Under the pieces are notes generated by a model that had not been told where the DNA came from, made no database searches, and saw only the letters and a program-made list of their open reading frames with translations. Both the position numbers and the translations under genes were made by a program. A DNA stretch of 64,000 nucleotides from Piromyces finnis finn (Eukaryota > Fungi > Neocallimastigomycota), in NCBI GenBank assembly GCA_002104945.1, contig MCFH01000023.1, positions 682,001-746,000 of the forward strand, written 5' to 3'. Below are positions 28,021-42,052 of the stretch, one piece after another. Every line of letters begins with the position of its first letter. The stretch's first letter is position 1.

Positions 28021-28210
28021 TTTTTATTTTTCAATCTTTGTAATTTATATATATATATTTACAAATATTCAGAATATTGCAATTTTTATATGTATTATAT
28101 ATTATATATATTGATTCAATAGAAAAATTATTCTATATATACTATATAAATCATTTATATATATTGTTTTAATAATAAAGCATTATGAATAATTTTAAGT
28201 TTTTATTTTA

Positions 28211-29908
28211 TTAGGATATATTATTTTCCGGTGATTCATTATTCAATACAGAAAATGACATTTCTTTTTCTTTATCAAGTGAATTATTTGAATTTTTTAT
28301 TGATATTGAATTGGTATTTGTAGTATCATTATTATTATCTTCATTATTATTTATACTATTATTAGAATATTTAGATGTCATTATTGATTTTTGATTATCA
28401 TTAGATGTTTCTTCATCATCATCATGAAGTGACCTAGTTTGGTCAGTTGATGAAATCGAATTTTGATATTCAAAAAAATTGGCATATTGATTTATTTTTT
28501 CTTCTTCCTCGTTTATGCTTTTTCCATTACCAATTAAAATTTTATATGGTTCTTTAATAAAGAAACATTCTGAGTAAGGATTCATATTCTGTGTTTTTCT
28601 TATTTCATTGGTATCTTGATTCAATGAATCATTATAACCGAGTTTACTCTCATTGTTAATAATACTATTTACCCCAAAACTAATTTTTTTTATTTTCTTT
28701 TCTTCTTGTTGATTAGATTTTAGTATCATTAGTTCATTTTTATCATTGCTATTATCACAGCTTAGAGACTTTTTTTTTTTTTAATTTAGTTGTTTACAAT
28801 TTTTTAAAGGAGTATGAAAAATACAATAATATAATAAGTAAAAAAACCGTTCTTTATCAATATATTAATATCTTTATATATTTATAAAATATTCATATAA
28901 TATTTATATACATTAATTATTTTAGATGAATTTATCATTCCGTCATTAGTATGATCATTAATAAATACATCACCAAGTGTTGCTTGAATTTGTTGTAGCC
29001 ATGGTCTATTTACTATGTTGATTTTTACATATATAAATTATAATGAAGTTTATTATTTTTAATTATTATTTCAATGTTAATTTCTTTATAAATTAAGAAA
29101 TTTATCTTTACAAACTCTATGTTCTACAAGTTTATCATTTACTGGAATATAAGGTTCTAAGTCAAGTTCATGAGGTGTCTGTTAATAATATATATAATGA
29201 GAAAATGTTTAAAATAAACATAATATATAAATTTTTCTAAATAATTATATTATATGCTTTTTTTAATATTACAGGCTTAATATCTTCAAATCTATTAGTT
29301 TTTGAACGAAATCCTACTGAACTATAATTATTGTTTTTTGGTTCATATTTTATAGGATAATAAAAATCTTGTGGTTCATATTTTTCTTTTTTCTAATGAA
29401 ATATTAAATAATTTTTTAAAAATATTAATATATTTTTATATACCCATAATAATAAAAAAAAAAAAAAAATCAATATTTTAAATAGTTAACAGTAGAAAAA
29501 AAATATGATTGTTATTCTATTAGATAAGATTCGAACATTTGATTTTGATGTTAATAATGGTAAAAAATTGTCCCTTTTGGTATTATATAAATTGGAATAT
29601 TTATAAGAATTTTTCATTTTTAAATCCTCGATAATTTACAGAATAATTAAAAATTATGTATTATATATATATAATATATTTGTTTATAAACATTTTTTTA
29701 TTGAAATTTTATAATATTCGCTATATATAAAAAAAGATATTAAAATATAATATATAAAAAACACATATTATTAATAAAATTGAATATACCTTGAATATAA
29801 AAAGTGATATTGAATAACTGAATAGAATATATATATTAAATAAATTAATAATTTATATTATTTAATTTAGTAATTTCCTTTTTTAGCTTTCTCAATATTT
29901 GTCTCCAT
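28211..29908 (-). CDS. Hypothetical multi-exon protein, Asn/Ser-rich C-terminus
   Basis: Coding-like exons at about 29530-29620, 29295-29392 (KKEKYEPQDFYYPIKYEPK...GFRSKTNRFEDIKP), 29115-29180, 28915-29010 and ORF 28211-28729. The start and 5' exons are unresolved. Confidence 0.45.
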
Positions 29909-30396
29909 AATTTATAATTAAAAAAAAAAAAATAAAAAAAAAACAAACTTTATTTGATTTTTTATTAATAAAATAATTTCATATACAATATTAATTATAA
30001 TAATAATAATAAAAAAAACATTATATTATGATGTATATATGAAATATTAATAAAAAATCAAATGAAAGAATTAATTTTTTATTTATCAAAGTATTTTTAT
30101 TTTATTTTCATTGTAAGAAGACTTTTTAAAAAGTATAATTAAATACCCATAACAAAGAAAAATATAAAAAATTTTTATAAATAAATAAATATTATTATGT
30201 ATTTATTATTATTATGATAAAAATAATATAATTTTCATAAAATACATCATATATGAATTTTTTTTTTTTAAATTATTAGTATTTAATAATACTATGAATA
30301 CTTTTACATTATTACTTTAATAAAAGAATTAACTTTTACACTAAAAATAAATTAATTGAAAAAATAGTAGTTTGATTTCCTTAATTTACATTATTA

Positions 30397-30427
<31 letters not shown>

Positions 30428-30449
30428 TTTTTTTTTTTTTTTTTGATTA

Positions 30450-31209
30450 TTAATCTAAATTAATTTCTGTAAGTACATTCTGTGTTTGAGTAACAGAACT
30501 TAAATTATCATCTTTATTTTTTTCAGATAATAAATTTTGGGTATGTTCACTGAGTTCATAAATATTTTGTTTATTGGGTTTAGTCGTTTGAAGTTCAGTT
30601 AGATTTATTTCATCCATTAAATCGTTTAAATCAGTATCTTCTAAAAATGTACTATTACTCATAATACTATCTTCTTGATTCAATGTTTGAGATAATGATA
30701 ATGAATTAATTTTTGTATCAGATGAATCTAATTTATTATTGCTTGTTGAATTTATATTATTTATACTATTTGAATCATTTGATGTTGGATAAAGATTTAA
30801 AGAAAATTCAGAATTTGTTTTGGTTTTTAGTGTTGTTGGAGAATAAAGATTATTATAAAATCTTGATTCTAATGATATTGAACTTCTTTTAGATATATTA
30901 TCATAAATTTTTTTCTTTTCAGTTAATAACGAATTTTCTTTTTTAAGTCTTTCAATTTCCGTTGTGAAACCCAAGGAGTCACTCTAATAAAATAAATAAT
31001 TGTATAAATAATAAAAAATATATATTATTTTATTTATTAATTAATATATAAAATAATTTTATACAATTTTATAATTTTTAATAATAACTACCTTTAGTGT
31101 ATTATATTTTTTTTCAATTTCATTATAATATTCAGTTTTTGTTTCCAATTGCTCTTTTATATTTATTATTTGTGCTTTTAAATCAATTGATTCTGAATTC
31201 TAATAGCGG

Positions 31210-31240
<31 letters not shown>

Positions 31241-32675
31241 CATATATATTAAATATTAATATCTCTTTCTTTTCTTTGATATATATATATATGGAATGAA
31301 AAAAAAAAAAAAAAAAAAATTGGATAAATATATTTATTTGAATATACTTACTTTTATTCTTAATTTATCCTCTAATTCTGAAACTTTTTTTTCTAAGGCC
31401 CAATTAGTTGATGTAGCAGAAGTTAATTTTTCCTTTTCATCAGCTAACAAATCAGTTTGTCTTGTTAATTCTGTTTGAAGTATACCTACTTCATCTTCTA
31501 ATTCTTTTATCTTTATATATAGTAATAATAATTTAAGAGAGAGTTTACATAAAAAATTATTTATTTATTTTTATTAATTTATTACCCTTTCTAAATATTC
31601 ATCAGTCTCTTTTTCATTTGTTTTTCTAATATGTTCTAATTCTTGTAAATGTTGAATATTTGCCTTGATATTTTTTTATATTGTTTTTATTCAATTATTT
31701 GTATATAAATGTCAATACAATAAATTTAATCTACAAAAATAAATATAATTATTTTTTTTTTTTAAAAAATAAAATTACATTTTCTTGTCTTATCGTAAAA
31801 TGTTCTTCTAACCAAGCAACCTTTGATACATATTCTTTTATTTGATCTTTAAAGTCAATTCATTGTTATTATAATATTATAATATAAGAAATATTTAATA
31901 ACAAAAATATTGTTTTATTTTTCTAAATTTATAGTTCTTGTTTTATATATACTAACTTTTCAAAAAATTGTTTTCTTCTCTTAAATCAATCATTTTTTGT
32001 TGATATATCATAAGAGATTCATCTGAATTGTCAAGAACTATAATTTCAGGTTCGTTAACATTTTCATTATCCTTGGATTCTTTGTTAACTTCGTCCTATA
32101 TTAAGTTAAATTGAAAATAATTATTAATTAAATTATTGAATATAGTGGAAATCTTTAATTTATATTTGTGAATAATATATTGATAATTTTTAAATATTGT
32201 AAAAAAAATAAATTAATAATTTCGAATTAACATTGTAATATTCCTTACTTTTAAGGGTACATTAAATGAAGGAATTAATTTAAATAATGAATTTATTGAA
32301 TTTTCAATTTTAATATCCGGTAATAATGACTTATTTAAACTGAAAGATATTTTTCTTTCATGAATATCTTTTTTGGTTTTTTGGTCTTCTTTAGTTTGAG
32401 TATTTTTCCCGCTATTTTCATTTTTATTATTTTTATTTTCCATGTTATTATTTTCTGAATTTTCAACTTTCATTTCAGTTGTTTTATCTTTTATGTATAT
32501 ATTATGTATAATAATTAATATATATATAAATATTTTTTAAGTAATTTTAAAATTTTGAATTTAAATTTAACAAAATACCCATATCTTCATTTTGAGTAAT
32601 AGATTCCTTTTTATCTTTTTCCTTTGTGTCTTTATTCATTACCATCCCTTTTCTTAATCTTTCCAAGGTAATCAT
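30450..32675 (-). CDS. Hypothetical coiled-coil protein, about 8 exons
   Basis: ATG 32675 (MITLERLRKGMVMNKDTKEK). Heptad-rich exons (IKELEDEVGILQTELTRQTDLLADEKEKL, LEKKVSELEDKL) link ORFs 32213-32473 and 30450-30974. Confidence 0.7.
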
Positions 32676-34231
32676 TTTATTTTATTGCCATTAAAAGTTA
32701 CAAAATTTTATTATATTTTAATATTATTTATATTAAAGTTAAATGATAGCTTATGTTGAATTTTTTGGAATTATTAATATAAATACAATAATATTAATGT
32801 AATGCTTATTGAATAATTTTATTATTTTCAATATTAGAAAAAAAAAAAATAAATATATTAGATTTCCATAAATTCAATTAGTAGAGAAGAAAAAAAATAT
32901 ATATATAAAATTATAAAATTTAAAAAGAACATTACTATATTATTAAATTTATATATATTTTAATATATATTTTAAGGATTAATTTTAATAAAAGTGACAA
33001 TATATTAAAAGAAAAAATTAATATAATATTATTTAAATTAATTAATATACATATATTTAGAATTTTAATTTTTAAAAATTTTTAAAATCTTGAGACTTGA
33101 ATTTATATTTTTAATACGTTTCTATATTAGATGTTGGTTTTTCTTTTTTTTTTAATTATAATGAATAAATATTTTTTAATTCAAAATAATATAATTCATG
33201 AATAATGGTTATATATTATAAAAAAAGTTGACTTATTAAGCCATCCAGATTTTTTTTTTTAAAAAAAAAAGGCCTAAGCCATAACAAAAAAAAAAAAAAT
33301 ATATATAAATTATTAAGGAGTAAATTTAAAGAAGGGTCTTTTTATAAAACACAATAATACAATATTACAGATTATAACTTTAAATAAATATTATGGTGCG
33401 TTAAAAGTAACAAAATTCTATATTCATTTTAGGTCTAAGATGTAAACGTTATCAATTTTAGTAATGAAATTTATTAATAACAACAATTTAATTCTTTTAT
33501 AAAAAAAGATGTTTTTTACGAATTTTTATATTTAACTCTTATAATTTTTTTTTCTTTTTTTAAATAATTTTAAAGTTTAAAGTGTGACACTAAATCAATA
33601 TAATATAATATATACAAATCATATATAAAGTATATATTATTAAACGGATTATCATTAAAATTTTATAAATATTAGAATTTCTTTTTTTCATTTTCAAAAT
33701 ATTCTCAAAGTGTGATGACATTTAACGTGACAAATATGGTAATTCTGACATAATTTAGTTAAATTATATTTTCTAGTATCACTGCACCAAATGTTTATAA
33801 TAGGATTATTGTTGCATATTTTAGAAACTATTATCACCAAAATTTATATTTTTAAATATTGTAAATATCAATTATTAAAATATATTCTTTTTCAAAGTTT
33901 ATTACATATAGATAAATGTTTTTATTTTTTATAATGCTTTATTTATCATTTATTTATTTATTAAATTTATATATTATATACAATAGCAATATAATATAAC
34001 TAAAATGAAATTACATTTATTTTTATTCTATTTTAGTTTTATTATATTTATTGTTTTGAAATAATTGTTTGGTATTATTGAATTTTATATTTATAAAAAT
34101 TAATAATATTATATTTTAAAATTATCGTTTTACGAAAAATGTTTTTAATAATTTCAATTTTTAAATACTTTTAAAATTTTTTTTAATAATTTTGTTTAAT
34201 TATTCTTAATATTAAACAATTTTTTTGTCAA

Positions 34232-34534
34232 TTAAATAGTTGGGATGTAAGTAGCAAATGTCTTTTTACAATGTTTGCACTTAATTTGCTTTTTAACATA
34301 ACGGAAAAACAATGGAATACCAGTAAGCATCATTATCATACTTAATTTATCATATTCATGGACAAATTCATGGCCCGATTTGTTTGAACTTTTACTACAT
34401 ATTTCATTTCTTACTTCTTCAGTAAGATGTTTCATTTCCATTTCTTTATTTAAAGTACCTTTGAGTTTTTGGTCATACATTGGATTCATTTGATCCTTTT
34501 CATTATTATGTGGGTTACTTGGATAAGCAGACAT
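34232..34534 (-). CDS. Small BRI3/LITAF-like zinc-ribbon membrane-associated protein
   Basis: 100-aa intronless ORF with C...GH, a hydrophobic hairpin (LSMIMMLTGIPLFF) and CKHCKKTF, the knuckle-hydrophobic-knuckle layout of BRI3-type proteins. Confidence 0.55.
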   Translation of the reverse strand: MSAYPSNPHNNEKDQMNPMYDQKLKGTLNKEMEMKHLTEEVRNEICSKSSNKSGHEFVHEYDKLSMIMMLTGIPLFFRYVKKQIKCKHCKKTFATYIPTI

Positions 34535-35697
34535 TTTTTTTTATATTATAATATTAATTATATATATATTTATTTTATTTATTATTTATTACTTTAAAGA
34601 AATATTATCTTTTGTAAGTATATTATGTTTTGATTTTTTAATGTTCAAAAAAAAAAATATTTAGAGAAAAATAATTATACTTTTATTAGTAATATTTTAC
34701 AAAAAAAATCATAATATTTTAGTGACCAATGATATTAATTTAATTTATATTCTTTAATTTATATGAATATTTTATATTATTAAAAATTAAAACAAAAAAA
34801 ATAATAATAATAATGAAATGACACGTGATATTTTTAATTTTTATATAATATACATTGAAATATTAAAATGATTTTTTAGAAAGGCTAAGATGAAAAAAGA
34901 ATAATGAATTATTATTAAAATGTTCATTGGCAATACAGATACCAAAATAACTTTATTATTTTAATTGTTAATCTTAAAATTGTATTTCTTTTTTTTTTTT
35001 TTTGAAACAGTTCCTAGAATTCCTTTAGTAATATTTACAATTAATTTTTTTGACCGTTTGAAAAGATATAAAACAAAATAATAATAATAATAAAAAGATA
35101 TATAAAAAGACATTTTGAGTCAGTTAAAAAAAAATATATAAATATTAAAATTTCAAAAAAAAAAAAAAAAATAATAAAATAATTAATTTCTTCTTTATCA
35201 ATGTACAAATTTGAAATGAAATAAAAAATACATAAATGAATATATAAATAATATTTTAATTTTTTATGGTATTTTTTATTTATTTTATTTTATTTTTTTT
35301 TTTTTTTTTACTAACATTATAAAAACAATTATTTATATAATTATAATAATAATAAAAACAAAAATTAAATATATTTTATTTTTGTTAGAAATTTAAATAT
35401 TATAATGATATTAATTTATAATGTAAAAAATTTTTAATTATTTTTTATATTATAAAATATTATAATATATGAATATTTGTTTAGAAATATATTATTATCT
35501 ATATTTTTTTTTTCTTTTTTTATCTTTTCATTTTTTTTAAAAAAAGAAAGTAAATATAAAAAGAAAAAGAAATGAGAAAGGAAATGTATATATAATATAT
35601 AATTAAAATTAGAAATAATATATTATTTAATCTTCCTTTTTATATATATATGTAAATATAATAAATTCTAAGATACTATTTTTAAAGATTATTCGGC

Positions 35698-37897
35698 TTA
35701 TTTGTTAATACCGTCAATCTTTAATATTCTAGAATCTCTTCTACCTGGAACACTATCTCTACTAAGCATGCTTTCTCTGGCAGATAATGTTGATTTCATT
35801 CTTTCATCAATTGAAGAAAAGTCCGTTTCACTGTCATCAGCCTTTTCTAAACAGAGCATTGGACAAGCACCACTTTCATTTGTTCTTGTGTTAATACCCC
35901 AAACCCATCCATCATCGTAAATATAGACAACTTCAACAATATCATTTATTTCTAATAATAATTCATCATTTAATTGTGGTTCGTAAGTATGTACAGCTCT
36001 GTATGGGGTAGAATTTAATTCTCTATCGGTAGATGAACTCATTCTGTTGGAAAGCATTGTAGATGATGCCATTGAGAAAGTTTTATTTTCTAATTTTGGA
36101 ATATTTAATTTACTACTTGAGAAGTCATAACTTGTTTCACTTTCACCATAATATTGGGAACTAATACGTTGATTAGATGGAGCTTCACTGTATGTACTTA
36201 AGAACTTAGTATTTCTATTTTGTTGAATTTCTGGTTCTGGAATTTCAGTCATTTTGACCATTTGTGGTTTTGGTTCTTCATTTTCATTGTTTGTATTTAA
36301 TGGTGGTTGTTCAGATTCATTTCTATCTTGAGATTCAGGTGGTTGAATGTTAGTCATATTAACCATTTGTGGTTTTGGTTCTTCATCTTCAATCTTTATA
36401 ATTGGGGTTTCGTTAGTATTTTGTGAATCTGGTGGTTGAATATTTGTCATATTAACCATTTGTGGTTTTGGTTCTTCTTCCTTATTATTATTGCTAATTG
36501 CAGCAGCTGCAACGGCAGCACCTCCAGCAGCAGATATTGGAGCTGCGTAAATAGCGGCATTACTGAATCCATTATTATTATCGTTGTTGGCTTGAACATT
36601 TGAAGTAAAGTTAAAGTTTTTTGTGTCACCACTGAAACTAAAATCGTCCATAGGATCATTAACTTTATTCATGTTATTCATTTCATTTCTATTAATAAGA
36701 ACATCATCAGTATTTATATTCTTATTCATACTATTATTTGCACCATTATTCATACTGTTATTCATACTATTCATACCAAAGCCTGAAGAAATAGGTGGTG
36801 ATGAAAAACCAGATGAATTAAAACCTTTATTTTCTGACATTGTTTGGAAAGCTGGCATTCTATTTTCTTCATAATATGAATTATTAGGTTTATCTAATGA
36901 TTCGCCTTTTTTATAAAAATAAATTAAAGCACCCACAACTAAAACAGCACAAATACCACTTATTATAATCCATAATCTTGAATTACCTTTATCTTTTGGG
37001 TTACTTTCTTTTTGATCATTTGAATTTGTTGTTGAATTATCAATGTTAGCAGAATCCGAAGTTCCAGTAACAACTGGTTTTTGGACAGTAGTTTGTGTTC
37101 CACCATTTGGAACAACATTTTCTACTTGTGTATTGCTATTTAATGAATTACAACAAGAATCATTTACTGCGTTACCACAATAAGATCTTGCTTCGTTTAT
37201 TGTTCTAAATCCTTTAATAATAATTATTAAAATAGTATATAATTAATAAATATTTTATCTAATATTACATTTTATGAATAAATTTTATGTATTCTATAGA
37301 TATAAATTGTTTTTTAAAATAATTACCACAATTAGATTCATTAGTGAAATCAACACAATTTGAATCTCCCGAAAAATTTGAAGTACTTTTTATGCAACGA
37401 TTATTATGAGTAGTAATGTTCTTGGAAATAGCAATTGAGTCTAAGCAGGTGTTATAGCTATTAACAAGTCCTTGAAATGATTCAAAAAAATCTTTACAAA
37501 CCGTTTTACAAACTTTTTTTTGAGGCTTTATACAAGAATTTTTACTTGAATTTAAAATAAAATTACAAGCTAATGTCTTTAAGTATCTTAGATTAGATGA
37601 TGAATAAGCTTCCATTTCATTTCTATTACAATTTGAACCTTTTGCCAAATCATATGAAAAACTCTTTGCCAAAAATTCGGAATAACTTATAACATAACTA
37701 TCAAAAGAGGTTACATCTGTATAATGTGGTATTCTATTAGCATCTAATGGAAATATACCATTTATTGTATCAATTGAAAAATCTGAAAATCCAGGGCATG
37801 ATTGAGAATTTGTTAAAGGAATGCATTCACTGTTGATTTTCGTTACTATTGTTCCTAATAATAGTATAATCTTTCTTATATTATGTTTTATTATCAT
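35698..37897 (-). CDS. Single-pass receptor-like protein: signal peptide, Cys-rich ectodomain, TM helix, cytoplasmic repeats, C-terminal SH3 (Fus1-like), 2 exons
   Basis: Signal peptide MIIKHNIRKIILLLGTIVTKINS/EC; more than 10 Cys in the ectodomain; intron at about 37321-37215; TM LWIIISGICAVLVVGALIYFY; SH3 YRAVHTYEPQLNDELLL...YDDGWVWG...GACPMLCL. Confidence 0.85.
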
Positions 37898-40329
37898 TTT
37901 TTTTAGTATGATTTTTTATCTATTTTTTTTCCTAAATTTTATTTATTCTATTTATATTCTAAACTTTTTCCAAATCTTATATCTATTAATATATTTATAT
38001 AAATTCAATATTTATTTGATTTTGTTAAGAAATTATAATATTTTATATTTATATTTCTTCCTTATTTATATTTATATATACTTTTATAAAATTATTTTTA
38101 TTTTATTTACAAATGTTTTTATATAAATAAATGGATTTTATTTATATGAAGTTTGAAAATAAAAAAAAAATAAAGAAAAAAAAAAATAAAAAAAAATTTA
38201 AAAAAAAATTAATATTAAATTTTATTTATAATTAAATATTAATTTAAATGACTCGATAAAAAAGAAAAAAAAAAGTTAAACATGAAACTATTATAAAAAT
38301 AAATAAACAAATAATAAAGATTATAATTACAGTATTAATATATAATTTAGAGTATAATTTAATAAATTTTTATAATTTTTAACGACATGGTTTATATAAT
38401 TATAATATATTGAATTAATTTTAATATATTTATAATACTGATATTATATTTAAAAATTTAATATTTTAAATGGTTTTGAAGTAAAGAAAAAAACAACCAA
38501 ATGTAATTAATTGAACAAATAATTACTACAAATAATATTATATAGTAATTATTATATAAAAAATAGAACTATTTTCCATCACCAAAGTTAAGTCTTAATA
38601 TATAGGATAATTACATTAAATTTTAGCTAATAATTAACTGTAATTAGAATAAAAATAATTTCATTTATATATAACGGTATTAATTGGATTATCTTTCAAA
38701 ATATATGAAAATTTAATTTATTTCATTAATATTAATAAATTAGTAATATTATTAATTATTGGTTTGTGAAACAATATAATTATGGTTAAAAGAAATTGAA
38801 ATTAGAAACTTTATAATATATAAAACCATAAATTAGATTTGTATCCACTGATGTTAAATAAATAAATTAAAAATGAACTTTATATTATATATATTTAATA
38901 GTTTATATACTATTAAATATAGAAAGCATGTTAACAATATATTTAATAATATATAAGCTATTAAAATATAATAATATAATCATGGTTTTTAATTATTAAA
39001 TTAATAGAATTAATTCATCAATAAACTTTAAAAATTTAAGTTTATTAAATTAATTTAAAGTCCACTTTTATTTAACGGAAACTTTAAATTGGGATAAAAA
39101 TAGAAAAAAATTTTTTACAAATGATTTATATATAAAATAATTATAAAAATAAAAATAAATAATACTATTATAATAATATATAATATAAAAGATAAAATAC
39201 TATTGAATTTAAGTTTTACTATAATTTATTTTAGAAGATAAAAATACTACTTCTAGGGAAAATATTTAAATTAATAAAAATAATATGACATTTATTATAT
39301 TGGTTATATGGAAAATCACTGAAAATAATATATTATTTATTAAATCAATAAAAACAATAATAATAATATTACATAACAATTTATATTCTGAACTTTAATT
39401 CGTCAATTTATATGAAATTTTCATAATTTTCCAAAATAAGAGAAGAAGAATAAAATTTCATAAAAAATATAATACTAATTTTTTTTCAGAATGTTTTATT
39501 TTTTATTAATGTTATAAACACACCAATTAATTTATTAGCTTATGTTTTCTTTCTTTTTTTTTTTTTATTCCAAAATATAACTTTAATAATTAATTTTTCA
39601 TTGTTTTGAAATAGTTTATTTTAGAAATAAGTAGTGAAACCTTAAAATCATGCTTATAATTATGAAAATTTAATATTAAAGGTTTAAAAGGAATAATAAA
39701 TTATAATTTTAAAAATTGTTTACTATTTTAATTGTACATATATTTTCAAGATTTATTTATATGAAAATGATACATAATTTATATCAAAGAAATTATTACA
39801 ATATATTTATATTTAAAATTTTCTTTTTACTGTTTAGCTTATAATTCCATTTATATAAAATTACAAATTGAGCAATAAAAATTATTTAAATTATAAAAAA
39901 AAAAAAGATGTAAAAGTTGCAATTAAAACTTGTAACAATAATAATTTCTACTTAATTTTAACCAAAAAATTATTTTCTTTTTTTTTTTTTTCTTTACATT
40001 TTAATATTATAATTATTATTTTTTATTTTATTTTTAAAAATTGTTAAAATATAATATAAAAAATATTTAAAAAATTATTGCTTTTTTTTTTTAAAAAGCT
40101 TGAATATTAATTATACATTAATGTAACATTATTATATGTATTTACAAATCGTGTTTTTTTATGATTGGATGTATTTTAATATATTTTCTGATTTTAAAAA
40201 TCTTATTTTGATATATTAAAAGTTAATTCAAAATTGAATGATTTTAATTAGAGAAAAATAATATTTTTCTTTAAATATAACTCAAAAATAAAATAAATTA
40301 TTTAAAAAAAAAAAAGTAATAATAGAAAC

Positions 40330-41355
40330 ATGGCTCCAGCAATACTGAAATATTTAGAATTACCATTTTGTGTTTTAGGTATATACGGATGTTATTTAAC
40401 ATGGGGTATTTTACAAGAAGGAGTTAGTACAGTTAGTTACCCTTCAATAAAAACTGGTGAAATGGGACGTTTTAAATACTTTATCTTTTTAAATTTAATT
40501 CAATCCATTATTACCTCTATTGTTGCCTGTATTTATTTAATAAGCAAAGGTGAAAAAATTTCTATTCCAAATAAAGGATTAATATCAAGTTATTTCATTG
40601 TTGCATTAATTCAATCAGTTGCATCTCAATTTGGATACAAATCTCTTAAGTACATTAATTACCCAACTATGATTTTAGGTAAATCATGCAAACTTGTTCC
40701 AGTTGTAGTAATGAATTTCCTTTTATATAAAAAGAAGTACCCATGGAATAAATACGTTACTGTTGTTCTTGTTACTATTGGTGTTTCACTTTTCACTTTA
40801 TTACAACCTGCTAAGGCTGGTGCAGCTGAAAAAACTAATAGTGTATTTGGTATTGTTCTTTTATTAATCAATTTGATTTTAGATGGTACTACCAACTCTA
40901 CCCAAGATAAAATATTCTCAAAATATAAAATTACCAGTTCACAAATGATGCTTTGGATGAATGTTTTTTCATCTATTATTATGACTATTTACTTAATTGC
41001 TATTCATCCTTTAGGTAATCATGAACTTGTTAATGCTATTGGCTTCGTAGCTGAACGTCCAGAAATAATTAAACATATAATATTATTTGGTCTTTGTGGA
41101 GCTGTTGGCCAAGTCTTCATTTTCTATGTATTAGGTAACTTCGGTTCTATTGTATTAGTTACTATTACTGTCACTAGAAAAATGTTAAGTATTGTTATGA
41201 GTGTTGTCTGGTACAACCACAAATTAGTACTTGGTCAATGGGTTGCTGTTGCTACTGTATTTGCTGGTATTATATTGGATACTGTAGTAGGTATTCAACA
41301 AAAGCGCAAAAAGCAAGAAGAAAAGAAATTAAATAAGAAAAATAAGAAAAATTAA
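40330..41355 (+). CDS. HUT1: UDP-galactose/nucleotide-sugar transporter (SLC35B1/UAA family), intronless
   Basis: GIYGCYLTWGILQE, FLNLIQS, SLKYINYPTMILGKSCKLVPV, LDGTTNSTQD, MMLWMN, GAVGQVFIF and TITVTRKM motifs; Lys-rich ER-retention-like tail. Confidence 0.93.
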   Translation: MAPAILKYLELPFCVLGIYGCYLTWGILQEGVSTVSYPSIKTGEMGRFKYFIFLNLIQSIITSIVACIYLISKGEKISIPNKGLISSYFIVALIQSVASQFGYKSLKYINYPTMILGKSCKLVPVVVMNFLLYKKKYPWNKYVTVVLVTIGVSLFTLLQPAKAGAAEKTNSVFGIVLLLINLILDGTTNSTQDKIFSKYKITSSQMMLWMNVFSSIIMTIYLIAIHPLGNHELVNAIGFVAERPEIIKHIILFGLCGAVGQVFIFYVLGNFGSIVLVTITVTRKMLSIVMSVVWYNHKLVLGQWVAVATVFAGIILDTVVGIQQKRKKQEEKKLNKKNKKN

Positions 41356-42052
41356 ATTAAAACTAATAAAAAAAAAAAAAAGGGAAGAAAAAAAGATAAT
41401 AAATAAAAAAAAAAGACATTATAAATTAACAAAATTATATTAAATTTCTCTTTGAATATAAAATAAAATTATAATTTAAAGGGGATACCCAAATAATATC
41501 ATATTTTTTTTAAAGAAAATGAAATAATTAAATAAATGAAAAAAAAACTCGCTGTAATATAAAATAATAATTATTTTGTATTAGTATCATAATTATTACG
41601 AAATGTAAAACAAAAATAATAAAATAAAAATAAAAAAAAAATATTAAAATTAATGTTGCATGAACTTACGAATATTGTTTATAAACCATTTTTTAAAAAT
41701 AATAATAAAAAAAAGAGAATCATTAAATATTCTATTATTGTGTGTAATAGATACTTTCAAGTGAATTTTAAAAAAATAAATATAAAAATTTTTATTAATA
41801 AATTATGCTTTACGATTCTATTAATTAATACATATAATTTTTATACAAATTACTAGTTTTTATATATAATAAAAATCCTGATATAAAAAGGGTTTAATTA
41901 TAAATTGATTAAATAATATTGACTTTTTAAAATATAATTTTCTTAAAATAAATAATAAAAAATATATTCTTCTTTTTCTTCGTAGTCTATAAATTTTAAT
42001 GATATAAATGACATGATGAAAAAAAAATAGTTTAATTTATCCCATTCAAAAC

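Noticed and set aside
32637-32692. Possible uORF overlapping the start of the coiled-coil gene
   Set aside because: On re-reading, the upstream ATG at 32675 is in frame with the main CDS.
17251-41355. Mucorales-type sex locus synteny (HMG gene next to a sugar-phosphate transporter, plus a Fus1-like gene)
   Set aside because: The transporter is HUT1/SLC35B, not the TPT family, and lies over 21 kb away with several unrelated genes in between. No RNA helicase flank was seen.
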